DNA of 64,000 bases from positions 70,060,001-70,124,000 of the forward strand of contig OX597815.1 in NCBI GenBank assembly GCA_951406725.2, written 5' to 3'. Origin of the DNA: Octopus vulgaris. Taxonomy: Eukaryota. Made by a program: the position numbers and the translations under genes. The first letter of the stretch is position 1; each line of letters starts with the position of its first letter. The notes beneath the pieces are model-generated. The model had not been told where the DNA came from. It worked only from the letters and a program-made list of their open reading frames with translations, and ran no database searches. Shown here one piece after another: positions 36,793 through 52,100 of the stretch.

Positions 36793-39700
36793 GTAAAAAT
36801 GATTCGTATTCCACACATATAATGCTTTATTCATTCTGTTTGATATTTATTTAATTTACAATGTTATTCTGTTTTGTCTTAAATATTCACATCGGTCCTT
36901 CCTCCCCTTTGTGACAGCGGTTTAACTTTTCAGTATTAAAGTCTCTCACATCGGTAATTTAGCAAATATCTTGTATATTGACAGTTCTGAAAGTGTTAGT
37001 TATTTATTTTTTACTTAAAAGACAGCTTGATCATTCAGTAATGTGAGCATAAAGGACTTACTTTACGTAATGTAATTTAACTAGGGCGATGCATTGGTAA
37101 AATTGTGAGAGCGGTGGTATTTATACCGGCTCTTTACGTTCTTGGTTCAAATCACGCCGAGATCGATTTTGCCTTTCATCTTCCTGAGGTCGATAAAAAT
37201 AAAGTGACAGTTAAGCTCTGAGGTGAATGGTATTGTCTAACCTGCTTCCTTCAAAATTACTAATCTTAGGTCCAAATTATAAACCGTTTGGTTATGAAAA
37301 AGAAGAAAAAATCTCATAGTAGAAACCTTGTCGAAATACTACTAGATATGGTACACATGTCCCGTCATATCCCCCTTTTTATTTTTATCGGTTATAAACT
37401 TTGTTAAGACTCAAGTTCACTTAATTCTTTGCACCGACGTCGAATCCAGTTTTCATTCAGAGGTGTGACCATTCCAACTAAACCGTTAATGCCCTTGACG
37501 AAAGTAGGAATATCACAGAATCGCAGTTAGCAGAATCAGTCAACTCACTGTTAAAAAATACGTTGATAGAAATACAGTTTTATATTTCTGTCTAGTTATT
37601 TTACATCAATTGTTAATTTTAATTATATATATATAAAAAAAGAAACTCAATCATTCCAGTGTTATGAAGTATCCTTGTGCTTTTTATGTTTTGTAACTAA
37701 ATCTTGAAATCGGTTTCTTATTTCTCTTCTATAAAAATCTAAATTATTGTATTCTTGTGAAGAAATGTCATTGAGTGGGCTGATGTGTTATTTTGAAAAT
37801 TGAACTGTTTGGGACAATTCATTTCAAGGTCACAGTAAAGCCACCTTTCTTTTTGTGTTAATTTACAATTGCACTCATCTCGTAAGACGAAAAGTAGAAA
37901 TTTACCGTTATAGGGCACGGAATTGAAGGGTTAGGAATGTAAAAAATACAATTTTTTGCATATAAATTCTTTCATAGAAGGGAACAACTTCCCGATTTCT
38001 TGCCCTTTTCTTCTTCATGTGATGGTGATAGCTATTTCGAAAGCCCTCAGCAGAATGTGGAGACTGGTGTAATAAAAGTTTACCTTGCTTTTTAATGGGA
38101 CTCGTCCTCCACAAGAAAACGAGATATTTTTTTTCAGTATCTACAGAATATTCGGATTTTCTAAACGTATTTAATGAATAAAATCTTGTAGAGATACATA
38201 TGCAACTTTTATATAAATACTGTAAAAGCTTCTGGTGATCCGATTTCACGAGGCCAGTATAATGTATAGTTATAGCCAGACAGTCGTCAATCGCCAGCAA
38301 ATATAACTTGGTTACATGTACCATTCTTTCGCCTTCTACACCCCCTCAATCATAACCCAGTAGAACATCCAGAATGGGGTAACTAGGAACGAGAACTGCA
38401 TCAGCACAGAGCTGATGTTCATATTCAGTTGAATGGATTGAAGCGACATGAAATGAAATGCCTTGTTCAATGGCACAACATGCTGACCAGTCTAGGAATT
38501 GAACTCACAATTTTATGATCGTGAGCCGGACACACACATACACACATCTGGCTTCAGGTTCAGCCCCACTGAGTGGCGCCTTAGGCAAGTGTCCTCTATT
38601 ATAATCTCGCGCCAACCAAAGTCTGGTGAGTGAATTTGGTAAAAGGAAACAAAAAATTTGTCGTGTGTTTGTGTGTGTGCGTACGTGTGCATGTGACCAA
38701 CTAATGCTGGTATGAGTTGAACGGTTTGACTGAATCCAACACTGCATCATACTTGAATGATTTGTATGATTTCTGTGGCTGGATGCCCTTCCTATCACAA
38801 ACCACTTGACAGCATATACTGGGTGCTTCTTTTCATGGTCCCAGCACAAGCTAGGTTGCCATGGAGCCTGCAAAACTAAGATTTTTTTCGACTGAATACG
38901 GTTACAGTAGTGAGGGAGATGGCTTTATGCTATAGGCTGAAGGGTTAAAGTGAGAGAAAGAGGTCCAGAATAGTACAGGTTTCTTGTTATAGAGGAGCTA
39001 CAGAACTACTCACAAGTGAAAATAACAAAAAACTACAGTTGTTCGTCTTCCACTACAATAATCAATCCTTTGTCAAGTTTTTTAGAACTTTAATTTCTTG
39101 AGAAACCAATATTTGATTTCTGGCTGGATCCATTTTGGCTTCTTTAATTCAATCCTTTTGATACCAACTTGCCTAAGACTGCCCCTGATTCAGTAATACA
39201 AACTTCATGTTTAAAGTGATCTAAGTTAAAACTTTCCATTAAAATTTCTCATTAATCTGTTTCAAAGACCCTTTTAATAACAGCAAAGTTATTCTATTAA
39301 ATTCTTTATTATTTTAAAATCAATTTCAACAAGGTCAACAGAATTATTGTAACAAAAGTGTTAATATTTGTTGATAACTACCCTACTTTTCATTTCAAAT
39401 CTCCATTTCATTCATAAGGTTCAAATCAATATATTTGAAACCCAAAGCTATTATAGTGAGGTTGGCAAATATTGCTTTTTATAGTTATAATATAGTAGGC
39501 TGTTATAATTATAATGTAGCCAAAGTGAGACCGATAAAATAAGTACTGTGCTTAAAAAGATAATAAGTACTGGGGTCGATTAGTTCAACTAAAATTCTTC
39601 GAGGTGGCACCCCAGCATGGCCACAGTCTAATGACTAAAACAAATAAAAGAAAGAACCCTTTACACAGATAGTAGAATGTTCCTCTTCATAAGGCATGTA

Positions 39701-40304
39701 GCTTAGGAAGTATATTTTTGCTACCATGGGTTAATATCAGGAAATATGATATGTGTACGAGAAAGAGAGGGAAAAGAGTGATGTGAGAGGGTAAAGTGTG
39801 ATTAAAGGAACATATATATATATATATATATATGTTGCAGCAGAAGTGTTAAGACTGATCCTTCTGGTTGTGTAAAGCACTTGTGGTGACACATAAAAGT
39901 GCCCATGCGATGCCACATAAAAGCGCCCATGTGATGTCACATCAAAGTACCACAGAAAAGCGCCTGTGTGATGCCACGTAAAAGCACCTGTATGATGCAA
40001 CATAAAATGCAGCATCACATAAAAGTGCCCATGCAGTGTCATAAAAAAACACCTGTGAAGTGCCACGTAAAAGTGCCCATGTGATGCCATATAAAACCAC
40101 CCATGTAGTTCCATGTAAAAGCACCAATGTGGTGCCACATAAAAGCACCTAGCACACTCTGTAAAGTGGTTGGTGTTAAGAAGGGCATCCAGCCATAGAA
40201 ACCATGTGAAATCAGACTGAAGTCTGGTGCACCTTCCCCCACAGCTTGCCATCTCTGATCACACCATCCAACCCATGCCAGCATTGACAATAGATGTTAA
40301 ATGA

Positions 40305-40338
<34 letters not shown>

Positions 40339-43300
40339 TTATCATCGTTGTCGTTTAATGTCCCCTTTCCATGCTGGCATGGGTTGGACAGTTTGGCTGA
40401 GGACTAGTGAGCCAGAGGCTGCACCAGACTCAATCTGATCTGGCAATGTTTCTATAACTGGATGCCCTTCCTAATGCCAACCACTCTGGGAGTGTAGTGG
40501 GTGCTTTTATGTGCCACCGGCACGAGGGCCAGTCAGGTGGTTCTGGCAATGACCATGCTCAAAAGGTGTTTTTACGTGCTACCTGCACGGGAGCTGCACA
40601 CAAACCCTGTATCTTTAAATAACTTTAAATAAAGTTTTTGAATATAAAAAGACTAGTGTTACCCCTCATATTGACAGGTACCTTTAGAAATAAACTTTTT
40701 CCACTTTGGGTAATATCAAGAAATATGTTGTACATGCAATAATTATAATTTAACTTTTATCAAATTTCTTATTGCTTATTCAAAATAATGAAATAATGTA
40801 TATTAATTTTCAATAGAAAAATATTTAAACTTTTTCCATAACTTCTGTATCATTTACTCCCCCTGTGTCTTCCTCCTTTGCTTCTGTGATTCTTTCTCTC
40901 ACAGTGTGTGTGTGTAAAAAATTATCTTTCACTTATTGCCTACAATCAAGCCAAGTGTGTGTACATTCTGTACCTCTTACGATAACTCTCTCCGCATCCC
41001 ATTTTTACTCTCTCTTCCCTTCTCTCTATACAATTTGTTGTATGCACAGTACAGCCAAATGGTTTAGTAGTTCGTTTCACAACCATGAAGTCTCAGGTTC
41101 AATCTCACTGCATGTCACTGTGGTCAAATGTCAATTTCTATAGCATTATGTCAACCCATAACTTACCATTGAGATTAAGTAGATGGAGACTATAATGAAG
41201 CACATTTGGTGGATTATTCCTATAATTCAAAAGGTATAGCCTTGTCACATGCTGTGTCATATTGATTCTGCCTGAGACTTGCATTAAAGGTGCACATTTC
41301 TGTGAAATACTCAGCCACTTACACATTAATTCAGGGGTTGGTAATTCAATTCATCAAACAAACAGAATCCTCATTGTTACAATTTAATTTGTTTCTTTCA
41401 TTGCAGTCTGTCGTCATCTGCTCAGTGATGCATATCAATGCCAAACAAAATGGGAAGAAAGAATGAATTCTCAGGAACTTCAAGTCCCTTGTAGTAAGTA
41501 TATGTTTTTTCCCTGAGTACTAAACAAATGGGGTTAGGGAATATAATACATTTAACCCTTTAGCATTTAATCTGGCCATATCCAGCCCAAATATTCTACC
41601 TGTTTTATGTTAAAACTGACTAGATCCAACCTCTCACACCTACCCTACAATGTCATTCTCAGAATATTCAAACACTCCATTGAAATTTTGAAGCTGCAAG
41701 ATAATGCATGATTAATTCAAAACAATGAATAAATACACAGAATGCTGAAGGGTTGATGTAGAGAGAAAGAGGGCAGGATGTGGTTTATATTTAATGTGGA
41801 AGAGAGCCTATAATTGGAAGTTCATGATGCTAGGCTGATCTTTGGTCATAAAGTAACCTCTTAATATAGTCAGTTTTGTGTCCCCGTGTTTACCTCAGTT
41901 TGCCTGGCTGACAAATTCTACCTTTCGTCATCATCATCCTCATCATTTTAATATCCACTTTTCCATGCTTGCATGAATCGGATAGAGTTATTGCCCTTGC
42001 TGTTGCTAACCCTCACCTATTTCTAAGTAAGGTAATATTTCCCCATGGTCAAATACGATTTTCACAAAATATTGGAGATGAATGACACTGCTTGGGACTC
42101 ATTTACAATTATCACACAACATTGAGGCAAGGAGATTCAAACTCACTCACACACACATCATCATCATCATCGTTCAACATCCACTTTCCATGCTGGCATA
42201 GGTTAGACGATTCAACAGGAACAGGCAAACCAGAGGACTGCACCAAACTTCAGTGTCTGCATTGGCATGGTTTCTACAACTGGATGCCTTTCCTAACACC
42301 AACCACTTTGCAGAGTCCAACCACTACACACATATGTATGTATGTACTACAGGCTTTCTTTTAGTTTCTGTCTATCAAATTCATTCACAAGGCCTTTATT
42401 TGTCTGGTTGCTATAGAAAAATACACTTGCCCTAAGTGGCATGCAGCAGGAGTGAACCCAGGACCATTTGGTTAGGAAGAAACTTCTTAACCACACAACC
42501 ATGTCTGCACTTCACTGTTATTATGTGATTTTTCTTACTTGCCTAGTCTGGAAGATAGGGCTGTACCTATAGCCTCTACAGACCCTCCTAGTCCAGTGAG
42601 AATGGTGTCATCAATGTTCCTCTTAGACCTTTGTAATTCAACACTTGTGGGAAAGGCATGAGAAGGGAAGGAATTCCAGAGTGAGGTTACATTCTGGGGA
42701 GAAAAGACATAGTGATGTGAAGTTGTTTCAGCAATAATTTATTTCATTTAATTATCCAGGTTCTTATATTTTATCAATTATCTTTGTTTTCATTGCAGAT
42801 GATTTCCTCTACAAATTAGCTGAAAAAGCTGAAAAAGAAAAGAATATTTCATTTGTTGACATTGATATTGTAAGTTAATGTAATGATGCTTTATAGATTA
42901 TTGTTGAAGGTATGAAGCTGTGTAGTTTTGGATTCAGTCCCACTACATGGATCCTTGAACAAGTATCCCCTACTATAGTCCCTGAACTGATCAAAGTCTT
43001 GCGAGTCAATATTGTGAATGAAAATTGAAACATGTCTGAGCTATATTTGTTTGACAGGTGAGAGAGTATTACATAACTTGGAAACAGGCAGGAGTTGGTG
43101 ACAAGAAAGGCATCTGGCCAGTTGTTTTCCATACTGGCATGGATTGGACATTTCAGCAGGATCCAACAAGCTGGAGGATCACACTTTGCTCCAATATTTC
43201 AGTTTTTGGCATGGTTTCTATGTTGGGTGTCCTTCCTGGTACCAACCACTTTACAGAGTGTGCTGGATGCTTTTTTTTTTATGGCACTAGCAGTGTCACC

Positions 43301-46071
43301 TTGTAACTTGCAAGACTAAAAGAACTCTCACAAGTGAAATGAGAATAGGAAATAGTCATTAGACTGTGGCCATGCTGGGACACTGCCTTGAAGAATTTAT
43401 AGTCGAATGAATTGATTCCAGTACTTATTCAGTTGGTATCTTTTGCCAAGCAGCTAAGTTACGGCGGGGACAAACACACCAACACCACTTGACAAGTGGT
43501 GGCGGGAGGTAAACATAGACACAAAGACACACACATATGTGTGTGTGTATATATATATATATATATGTGATGGGCTTCTTTCAGTTTCCATCTACCAAAT
43601 CCACTCACAAGGCTTTGGTGCCTGAGGCTTTTGTAGAACACACTTGCCTCAGGTTCAACGCAGTATGACTGAACCCTGAAGCAAGCTTCTTACCACACAG
43701 CGGCACCTGTGCCTGTTGCTCACACAAGACTAGAATGTTGTCCATCTTATGACAAGTAACTTTGGTAGTTTACTTTTGCCACATCATAAGTAATATCAGG
43801 AAATATGGCCATAACATACAATAATTATAATATATATTTTATTGAATTTTTTTGGTGTTTATATGTAATGATGAAATGAATACTAATTTTCAAAAGAAAA
43901 TTATTTATTCCCTTAAAATATAATTAAATAAGACATAACTTATAATTTTCTCCCTTCTTCTTTTCTTCTGAATCTGATTATTTCTCTCAGTGTGTGTGTG
44001 ATGTTCTTCAATTCTTTTTCTCACTCTGTGTGTGTTGTGCTCTATAATTCTTTGCCTGCTACCAAGCTTTGTATGTGCACTCATCCTGTATCACTTTCTC
44101 TTCTGCTCTTTCTATACGATGACTAGAGAAACCATCTAACATTTTATACTTTTTATAGAGATGCTTAAATACTACCTTAAACAAGAGACTAACTTTTGAA
44201 ATGTACCATATTTGTGTTCTATTTTATAGTTGGCTAACAAAGTAGATGAACTAGAAGCTAGCGATATAAAGAAAGTTGAAAAACTTCTATACAGGTAAGC
44301 AACAGATTTACAGCTGTTTTACAGAAATATCTCCCTGTTTTTATGAAAACGATAGTTCTAAAGGAATTACCAACTTCGTTATTTTCTTGTTTCAGTTGGT
44401 TTAGTTTCCAGTTTTCTCTTGGTGCATTCACACTTGATTGATTTTACTTACAAACTTTTATTCTGGTGACTGCAAAATGGAAAAGAACTGGTGAGAGTGA
44501 AGATGCCAAGAGAGGAATATGAGTGGGCATTGCATCTCGTTTTTCACTCTTTCATATTATCGTTCATTTCTTTTATTTTTTCTTCTTATTTCATCTCTTT
44601 TTTGTATTTTTAGTTCTCCGAGTTTATGTTTTGTTACATTTTGTATTGTCGTCAAGCATCTATATTTAGCCTTCTATAGGTAATAAAGAATCGGACAACT
44701 TTTATGCAGCTAATTATGGGACCTGAAAACGATTAGACAATACGCTAATTGAAACTTAGTGGGTTTAAGAATAAGGCACCCACACATCCACACACACATT
44801 CACCCATGAGTAAAAGAGTTGATAGTGTGTTACAATTTCTCTCACCATTTTTAATGCCTCTCTTCTATGCCAGCTTGGATTAGACGGTTTGAAGAGATTC
44901 AGCGGGTCCATGGACTGCGTTGAGCTCTAATTGTTACAGTACAGTATACTGGGTGCTGTCATCATGACTATTCAGGTCGCCTGCGCTCTGCTTCTGATTA
45001 TAAAGAAAGGAATTGCCAGTTTTCGCCCTTGTAACGCAAGGGAGATAATTCATACGTTACTCATAGCCAAAGTTAACGGTTTCACTTCTCACAAGTCGTC
45101 GACAAATTTTATGGCACATGTTTTTGATGTATAGCTTACTTGTCTTATTTAAGAAGAGTACTCGTATATAGCAAAAGTAATATCATAAAAGTGATTTTAA
45201 TGAATGCTGGCATGGCTGTGTGATCTTAGAAGTTTACTTTCCAACCAAATAGGTGGTGAGGAGGAGATGGGGAATTCAGCAGAAAATGTTGTTTATGTTA
45301 TTGTTTGTTTCTAAACAAACAGGTTCCGTCACAGTGTTGATGCTGCAAACATTACTGACTCTTTAGCAACATCCCTGGCTCGTGGATACTTGAAACTTGG
45401 ACTGGCTGAAAATTATCTCTCCTTGATGAAGAAAAAAGTAAGTGTTTATTGAAGTCTTTTAGATTATTATTATTATTATTATTTATATATACGTGTGTGG
45501 GTGTAGAAAAATGGATTAGGGTTTCAGATGCATAAATGAAGAGAGAAGACTTGAATGGTGATATTGTTTTCTTGTATTCATATACCAGAAGTGCAATATT
45601 GTATGGCAGAAAAATTTTGCCAGTTTATCTTGTAATAATTGTAGTGGGAGGCATGGTTGTGTGCATATGGAGATCCCCTTGCTACTATATGGTCTCAAGT
45701 TCTACTTCAGTGCACAGCACCTTGGACAAGTGTTTTCTATTGTAGCTTCAGGCTAACCAGTGCCTTGCGAGTGAAAATGCTAGCCAGGGACTGTATGATG
45801 ATGATCATCATCATTAGCATCCACTTTTCCAAGCTCCCCTTCTCCCACTACTGTCTTCGTTGCTACTCTGTATTATTCTGTGCTTCCTAGCTTAAATGTT
45901 AAATGGTTTGTTCAAAATAACATCAAGACTGAATGGAAATTTCTTGTCAAATCACATGAGATTTACAGCTTATTGACAGGATGTGTGAAAAAAAAACTGC
46001 TGGATTATGAATGACATCATCAGACAATATGTTGCACAAGTTTCTACATCACTGCACACCCACTGAGTCAC

Positions 46072-46102
<31 letters not shown>

Positions 46103-49100
46103 GACCAAGAGCATCAATTAACCTTCCTGTTTCGTGCTGGCATGGGTTGGACAGTTTGACAGGGATATGATGGATCCAAGGACTTCATTGTGCTCCTGTG
46201 TCTATTTTGACATGGTTATTATGGCTGGATGCCCTTCCTAAAGCCAACCACTTTGCAGAGTGAACTAGGTACTTTTTTTGTGCCATCAGCACTACTGAGG
46301 TCACCCTGTATCTCATAAGTCTACAACAGCTGAGAAGAGAGTGGTGTTGCATCCTTATATTAGATGTAAGGTGGTTGAGATATGAAACAAAAGTGGGGTT
46401 GAGCAAATTATGTTGTAGAAGAAGTACATAGCTATCAACATTTAGGAGAGAAAGTGAGAATGATTTGATAGTATCTCCAAAGAGACAAATAATGGTGGCA
46501 CCTCAGGGAGGAGGAATAGTGAGCAGAGGTGATTTGCAAGAGTGTATGGAGGGAGTAGGGGAAGTGGGAGAAAGGGAGGTAGGCAATCTCTCTAAAGATT
46601 AGGAAGGATTGAAAGATGGGTGGGTGCATGGGTTGAGGGATGCTAACAACAGGGTGGTAATGATGATAACATTGACAATATTGTATATATGTGTAAGGTG
46701 GTGAGTTGGCAGAATCAGTAGCATGCCAGACAAAATGCTTAGTGGCATTTCATCTGTCTTTATGTTCTAAGTTCAAATTCGGCCAAGGTCTACTTTCTTT
46801 TTATCCTTTTGTGGTCAATAAAATCAATACCAGCTGAAGAATGGGAGTCAGTGTAATTGACTTGCTCCCTCCCTAGTGCTTTCTGGCCTTGTGCCAAAAT
46901 TTGAAACCAATATTGTAGGTGTGTGTAGGTGTATGTGAATGTTGACATTATGACAATGTTGACATTATGACAATGTTGACATTATGACAATGTTGACATT
47001 ATGACAATGTTGACATTCTACACTTTTGAAGACCCATGGAATAAAAGAAAAGAATCCCTTCTTTGAAATATAGATAAATGTTAGTGTCAGGAAGGACATC
47101 CATTTATAAATTCCTACTTCAAATATGTCCTTTGTCCAACCTATATAAACATGGAAAATTGGATGTTAGATAAACAAACAAATAATGCTGGCCTGCATTA
47201 TTCAGTTTCAACTCTGATTTTTCTGATGTTGAATTTCTCATGTTATAAACAAATAAATGCACTGATTTATCTGTAAACATTTATCTTCTTATTGACTTTT
47301 TGTAATACTTTGCTTTCCAACAGATTGCATATGGAATCTTTCCTGATTTTCCCACATCAAATATTCTTATGGACCATTTCATTAAAACTGGAAAATATGG
47401 CTGTAAGCTTTGTTTTTTTTTTAATTTATTTCTTTATTTTTTTCATTTTTGTACATCCTCTTGTAACAAAAAGGAATGTTTTTTCAAATTGGATTATCTG
47501 CCTGTTGTTGAAGCAAAGAGTTGTTTTCATAGTTGATTGTTCATGATCATCATTTAACATCTGTTATTCAATGTTTGGACGTTTTGGCAGAAGCTGGCAG
47601 GTCAGAAGACTCTGCCTAGCTCTATTGTCTGTTTTGGAATGGTTTCTATGGCTGGATGCCCTTCCTAACTCCAACTTCTTTATAAAGTGTACTGGGTATT
47701 TTTTATGTGGCACCATCACTTACGAGATCACCAAGACTAGACTTCTCATCTGAGGTGGGAGTAGTATTGAGGGAGGTGGTTTTGTGCCAGGGAATGAGGG
47801 GTTAGAGTATCAATTGAGGTACACAAATAGTTGCCTTGCAGTAAAGGAGATACATGGCTACCTCAGTAGGGAAGAGAAAGAGGAGGGAAGATGATGAAGA
47901 TATGACAGGGGGTGTGTACACTCAAGTCACAGGAAGGTGTATACAAGTGAAGTGGAACCAAGGATAGTACTGGATGGGTAGGTGGGTAAGTTTACAAGAT
48001 TGCGAAAGTAGAGGGGGAGGGAATGTAGTTAGTGGATACAGATAGTGGGAGGAGATGTTAGGAAGATATGTTGTGGGGAAGAGCTACTACAAAACATTCA
48101 ACCTTTGAACTTGTTGTATGATAGGTAAACAGGGTCATGTGCTTTGCCTAGAGTCACTACATAAGGCCTTATGTGAACCTGTCTATTAACATTGTTTCAA
48201 CAAGTTGAAAAGTGAGGTTGTGTACCATGTTTAGGGGTTTATTGTAGTTTATGCCTGTCTACATTTGCTGTCCATGAGAGATCATTATCATCATTTTAAC
48301 ATCTACTTTTCCATACTGGCATTGGTCAGACAAGAGTATGTTGGGCCAGACAGTCTTCTTAATGCCAACTCACACCTGTTTCCAACCCGGGTAATAATAA
48401 TCTCCCAGTCTATCAAACAATAGACAGGCTGAACGTGTTCTATGCAGAGAACTGGAAACAGACGGAACTGTATGGATGAGCATTTTTTTACAAAGACTAT
48501 GCTACATGTCACATGTTAAGAAGACTGAATGTGTTTTCATGGTGGACTGCAAGCGAATGACTGTCTGTAAGGCCATTGTTTACAAATAGCAATCACACAT
48601 GAAGCCAAGAGGAAATTTGAACTCACTCACAGGCAAATATACACATGCACATATGACATGCTTCTTCAGTTTCCATTGGCCAAACCCACTCACGAGGCTT
48701 TCGTTGACCAGGGGCTATAAGAAGACACTTGCCCAACTGAGGAAGAAACATTAACCTACTTAGAAAACAAATGAGGGTTGGCAGCAGGAAGAGCATCTGG
48801 CCATAATATAAATTCTGTCTCATTTATGCAACTCTGGAAACATATATATTAAAGCAAAGAAGAGGAGGAGGAGGAAGAGGATTGTTTCATATTCGAAAGT
48901 ATAACATTGACATTTCTATTTATTATTTATTCTTGTATCATTATTGCACTGTATGATTTTTAAATAACAGGTGCCGCTCAGATCGCCTATGAAATGATGC
49001 TTCAGGAAGATTTTAGCCATCGGTCTACTCTCTTGTTGTCCCTTTATTCATGTGTCAAGTTTCTGTTATCTTTACCCAAACAGTCAAAGGCTTGCGAAGA

Positions 49101-52100
49101 TGTTCAAGAGGAAAAAGCTGAAGTGGAAGTTGAGGTATGTATTATGTGGTTTGTTTTAATTCTTTGGCAGGAATATCTGTATCTGTATATTTAGGGCTGT
49201 GTAGTTTAAGAAGTTTGCTTCCCAACCACATGGTTTCTAGTTCAGTTTCATTGTGTGGGACTTTAACCCTTCAGCGTTTAAACCAGCCATATCCAGCCCA
49301 AATATTCTACCTGTTTTGTGTTCAAACTAGCTGGATCTGGCCTCTCATACCTACCCTATAATGTCATTCTAAAAATAAACACATCGAAATCTTGAAGTTA
49401 TAAGTTAGTGTATGATTAATTCAAAACAATGTGAAGAAATAAGCATTGCATTTGACAGAATAATCTGAATGCTAAGGGATTAGGCAAGTGTCATCTATTA
49501 TAGCTGTGGGCTGACCAAAACTGTATGAGTGGTTTTTGTGAAAAGAAACTGAATAAAGCCCATTTAATATATATATATATATATATTTGTGCTCCTTGTC
49601 CTTGACGTCAGGTGATAGTTGTAAACAAGTGTCGCCATCATGCAGGTGGTTTCCTTCTTTTCCAATCTTCCATAAAAACATGTCTGGTCAAAGAGAATTG
49701 CTTGAAAAAAGCTGAGGGCTGGTGACAGGAAGGGCATCCAGTCATAAAAATTTGTCTCAACAAATGTTGTCTGACGCATACAAGCATGCAAAAGTGGACA
49801 TTAAAATTATTATAAAGTATGTTTGTGTGTGTACATAACCCCTTATCTCCTCGTATATATCTGCCTCTCTCAGGGTACATAGTCTGGCAGGCAGCTCGTG
49901 CCATTAAAAAACGCACTCAACACATATTAAGTGGTTGGCATTAGGAAGGGTAGGGTAAAAATGAATGACCATGGGATTGCACCAAGAAAGTTACCCTCTG
50001 TGGCACAAGTCTGGGCAAGGTTGTTTAGGGAAGACTAGCAGTTGCCCATGCATGCCAACCTCCCCTCTCCGTGCCACCAAGGGAAAGTCAAAGAATGATA
50101 CAGCTTGGCACCAGTAACATCACAACTCATTTCTACAGCTGAGTGAACTGGAGCAACGTGAAATAAATTGTCTTGCTCAAGAACGAAACACACATCCTGG
50201 TCCAGGAACTGAACTCATTACCTCATGATTTTGAGCCCGATGCTCTAACCACTGAGCCATGGTATCCACGTGTAGAAACCATGCCAAAGCAGACACTGGG
50301 ACATGATGACGATGATGATGATATACGTATGTGCATGTTTCACATCCATTTTTCCATGCTTGAATGGATCAGATGGAATTTCTACAGCTAGATGCCCCTC
50401 CTGTCACCAACCTTCACCTGTTTCCAAGTAAGGTAATGCCTTTCTGTAGCTATATATATTTTTCACAGAAAAATGAGCAACAGCATTTGCATGCTCATGT
50501 ACAACCATTGCACGATGTCAACACACATGCACACATACATATTTATATATGATAGGCTTCTTTCAGCTTCCATCTATCAAATCCATTCACAAGGCTTTGG
50601 TGGCCTGGGGCTATAGTAGAAGACACTTGTCCAAGGTGCCACACAGCCACATCTACACCTGTATATGTGTGTGTGTGTGTGTGTTTCTTTATTTATCTGG
50701 ATGCTTCTATGTTGATTTTGACAATGGGGATTCAGTTGGTTGGTGACCTGAATTACTTGTTCAGTCAGGATGTAATTGGCTGAGTATTCCACAGACACAT
50801 ATTTATGTACCCTTTACATAATTCTCAAGCAACATCAACATAACAGACTTTCTAACAATGCTCTGCCTTTGAATCTGAGGTGTATTCATTCAGTAGGATT
50901 CACTACAGTTTCCGTTTACCTAATTTCATTCCCAAGGTATGGGCCAACCCAAGGCTATAGCAAATAACATTTGCTCAAGATGTCTCATGGTGGGTTTGAA
51001 CCTAAGACCTTGCAAAGTGAACTTCCTAACCTTTTGGCTATGCTGTGCCTATAAGTGTGTGTGTGTGTGTGCACATGTGATCATCGTTTTAACTTTCACT
51101 TTTGTATACTTGTATGGATTGGCTGGAATTTGTTGAGGCAAATTTACTATGGTTGGATGCTCTTCCTGTTTCTAAGCAAGGTAATATTTCTCCATGGACA
51201 GACTGAAAACAATACCACTTGTTTGATGGTGATGCCCATTTACAACTATCATGTAATGTCAAGACAAGGAGACAGTAACACTCACTCATGCACCTGGTAC
51301 ACTTTAAGTGGTTGGTGTTACAAAGCCATAGAAACCACACCAAAACAGACAACAGTAGCTTGGAACAGCCCTCTGGCTTGTCAGCACTCTTAAACCATCC
51401 AACTCATGTCTGCATGGAAAACAAACATTAAATGGTGATGATGATGATTGATATGTATGTACACACACACATACACACCACACAATAGGCTTCAGTTTCC
51501 TTCTACCAAATCCACTCCCAAGGCATTGATCAGCCCCAGGCTATAGTAGAAGATACTTACCCCTAGGTGTCATGCAGCTGGACTGAACCTGGAACCATTT
51601 TTATGGGAGTCAAGCTTTTTATCACACAGTCGCACCTATGAAATATTTTTCCAATTTACCTTAAACATCATTATATTCTAACCATTCAATTATTTCATAT
51701 ATTCTAGGAAATTTGGGTAAAAGTGAAATACATGAACAAGCCTTACTATGATGACCATTTTGATATCACAGAACCCCAGCTTCTATTGGGCAAAACACTG
51801 ATAATGATTGGTAAAGAATTGTCTGACCATAACCTATTAAGCTGTTCCTTACAAACGTATGGATTTGCTCTATATGAAAAATTTAATAAAGGGCTGTTAT
51901 TTCTTGAGAAACTGCTTGCTGGTCCCAAGGTGCCATGTCTGTATAAATCTGCCGTAAGTTGGAAATTTTGTTTATTGTTATACATGTACCCTCATCATCA
52001 TCATCATCATCAGTTGGCATTAGGAAAGGCATCCAGCCATAGAAATCATGTCAAATCAGACTGGAACTTGGTGCAGCTTACCAGTTCCAATCAAATCGTT

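Noticed and set aside
37908-38400. 138-aa minus ORF and a weak Tc1-like NPVEH motif in intron 1
   Set aside because: No other catalytic motifs or TIRs found; similarity too weak to call
39880-40150. CRISPR-like appearance of periodic repeats (also 46938-47017 and 31900-32150)
   Set aside because: Units are directly adjacent with no unique spacers; no cas genes; eukaryotic context
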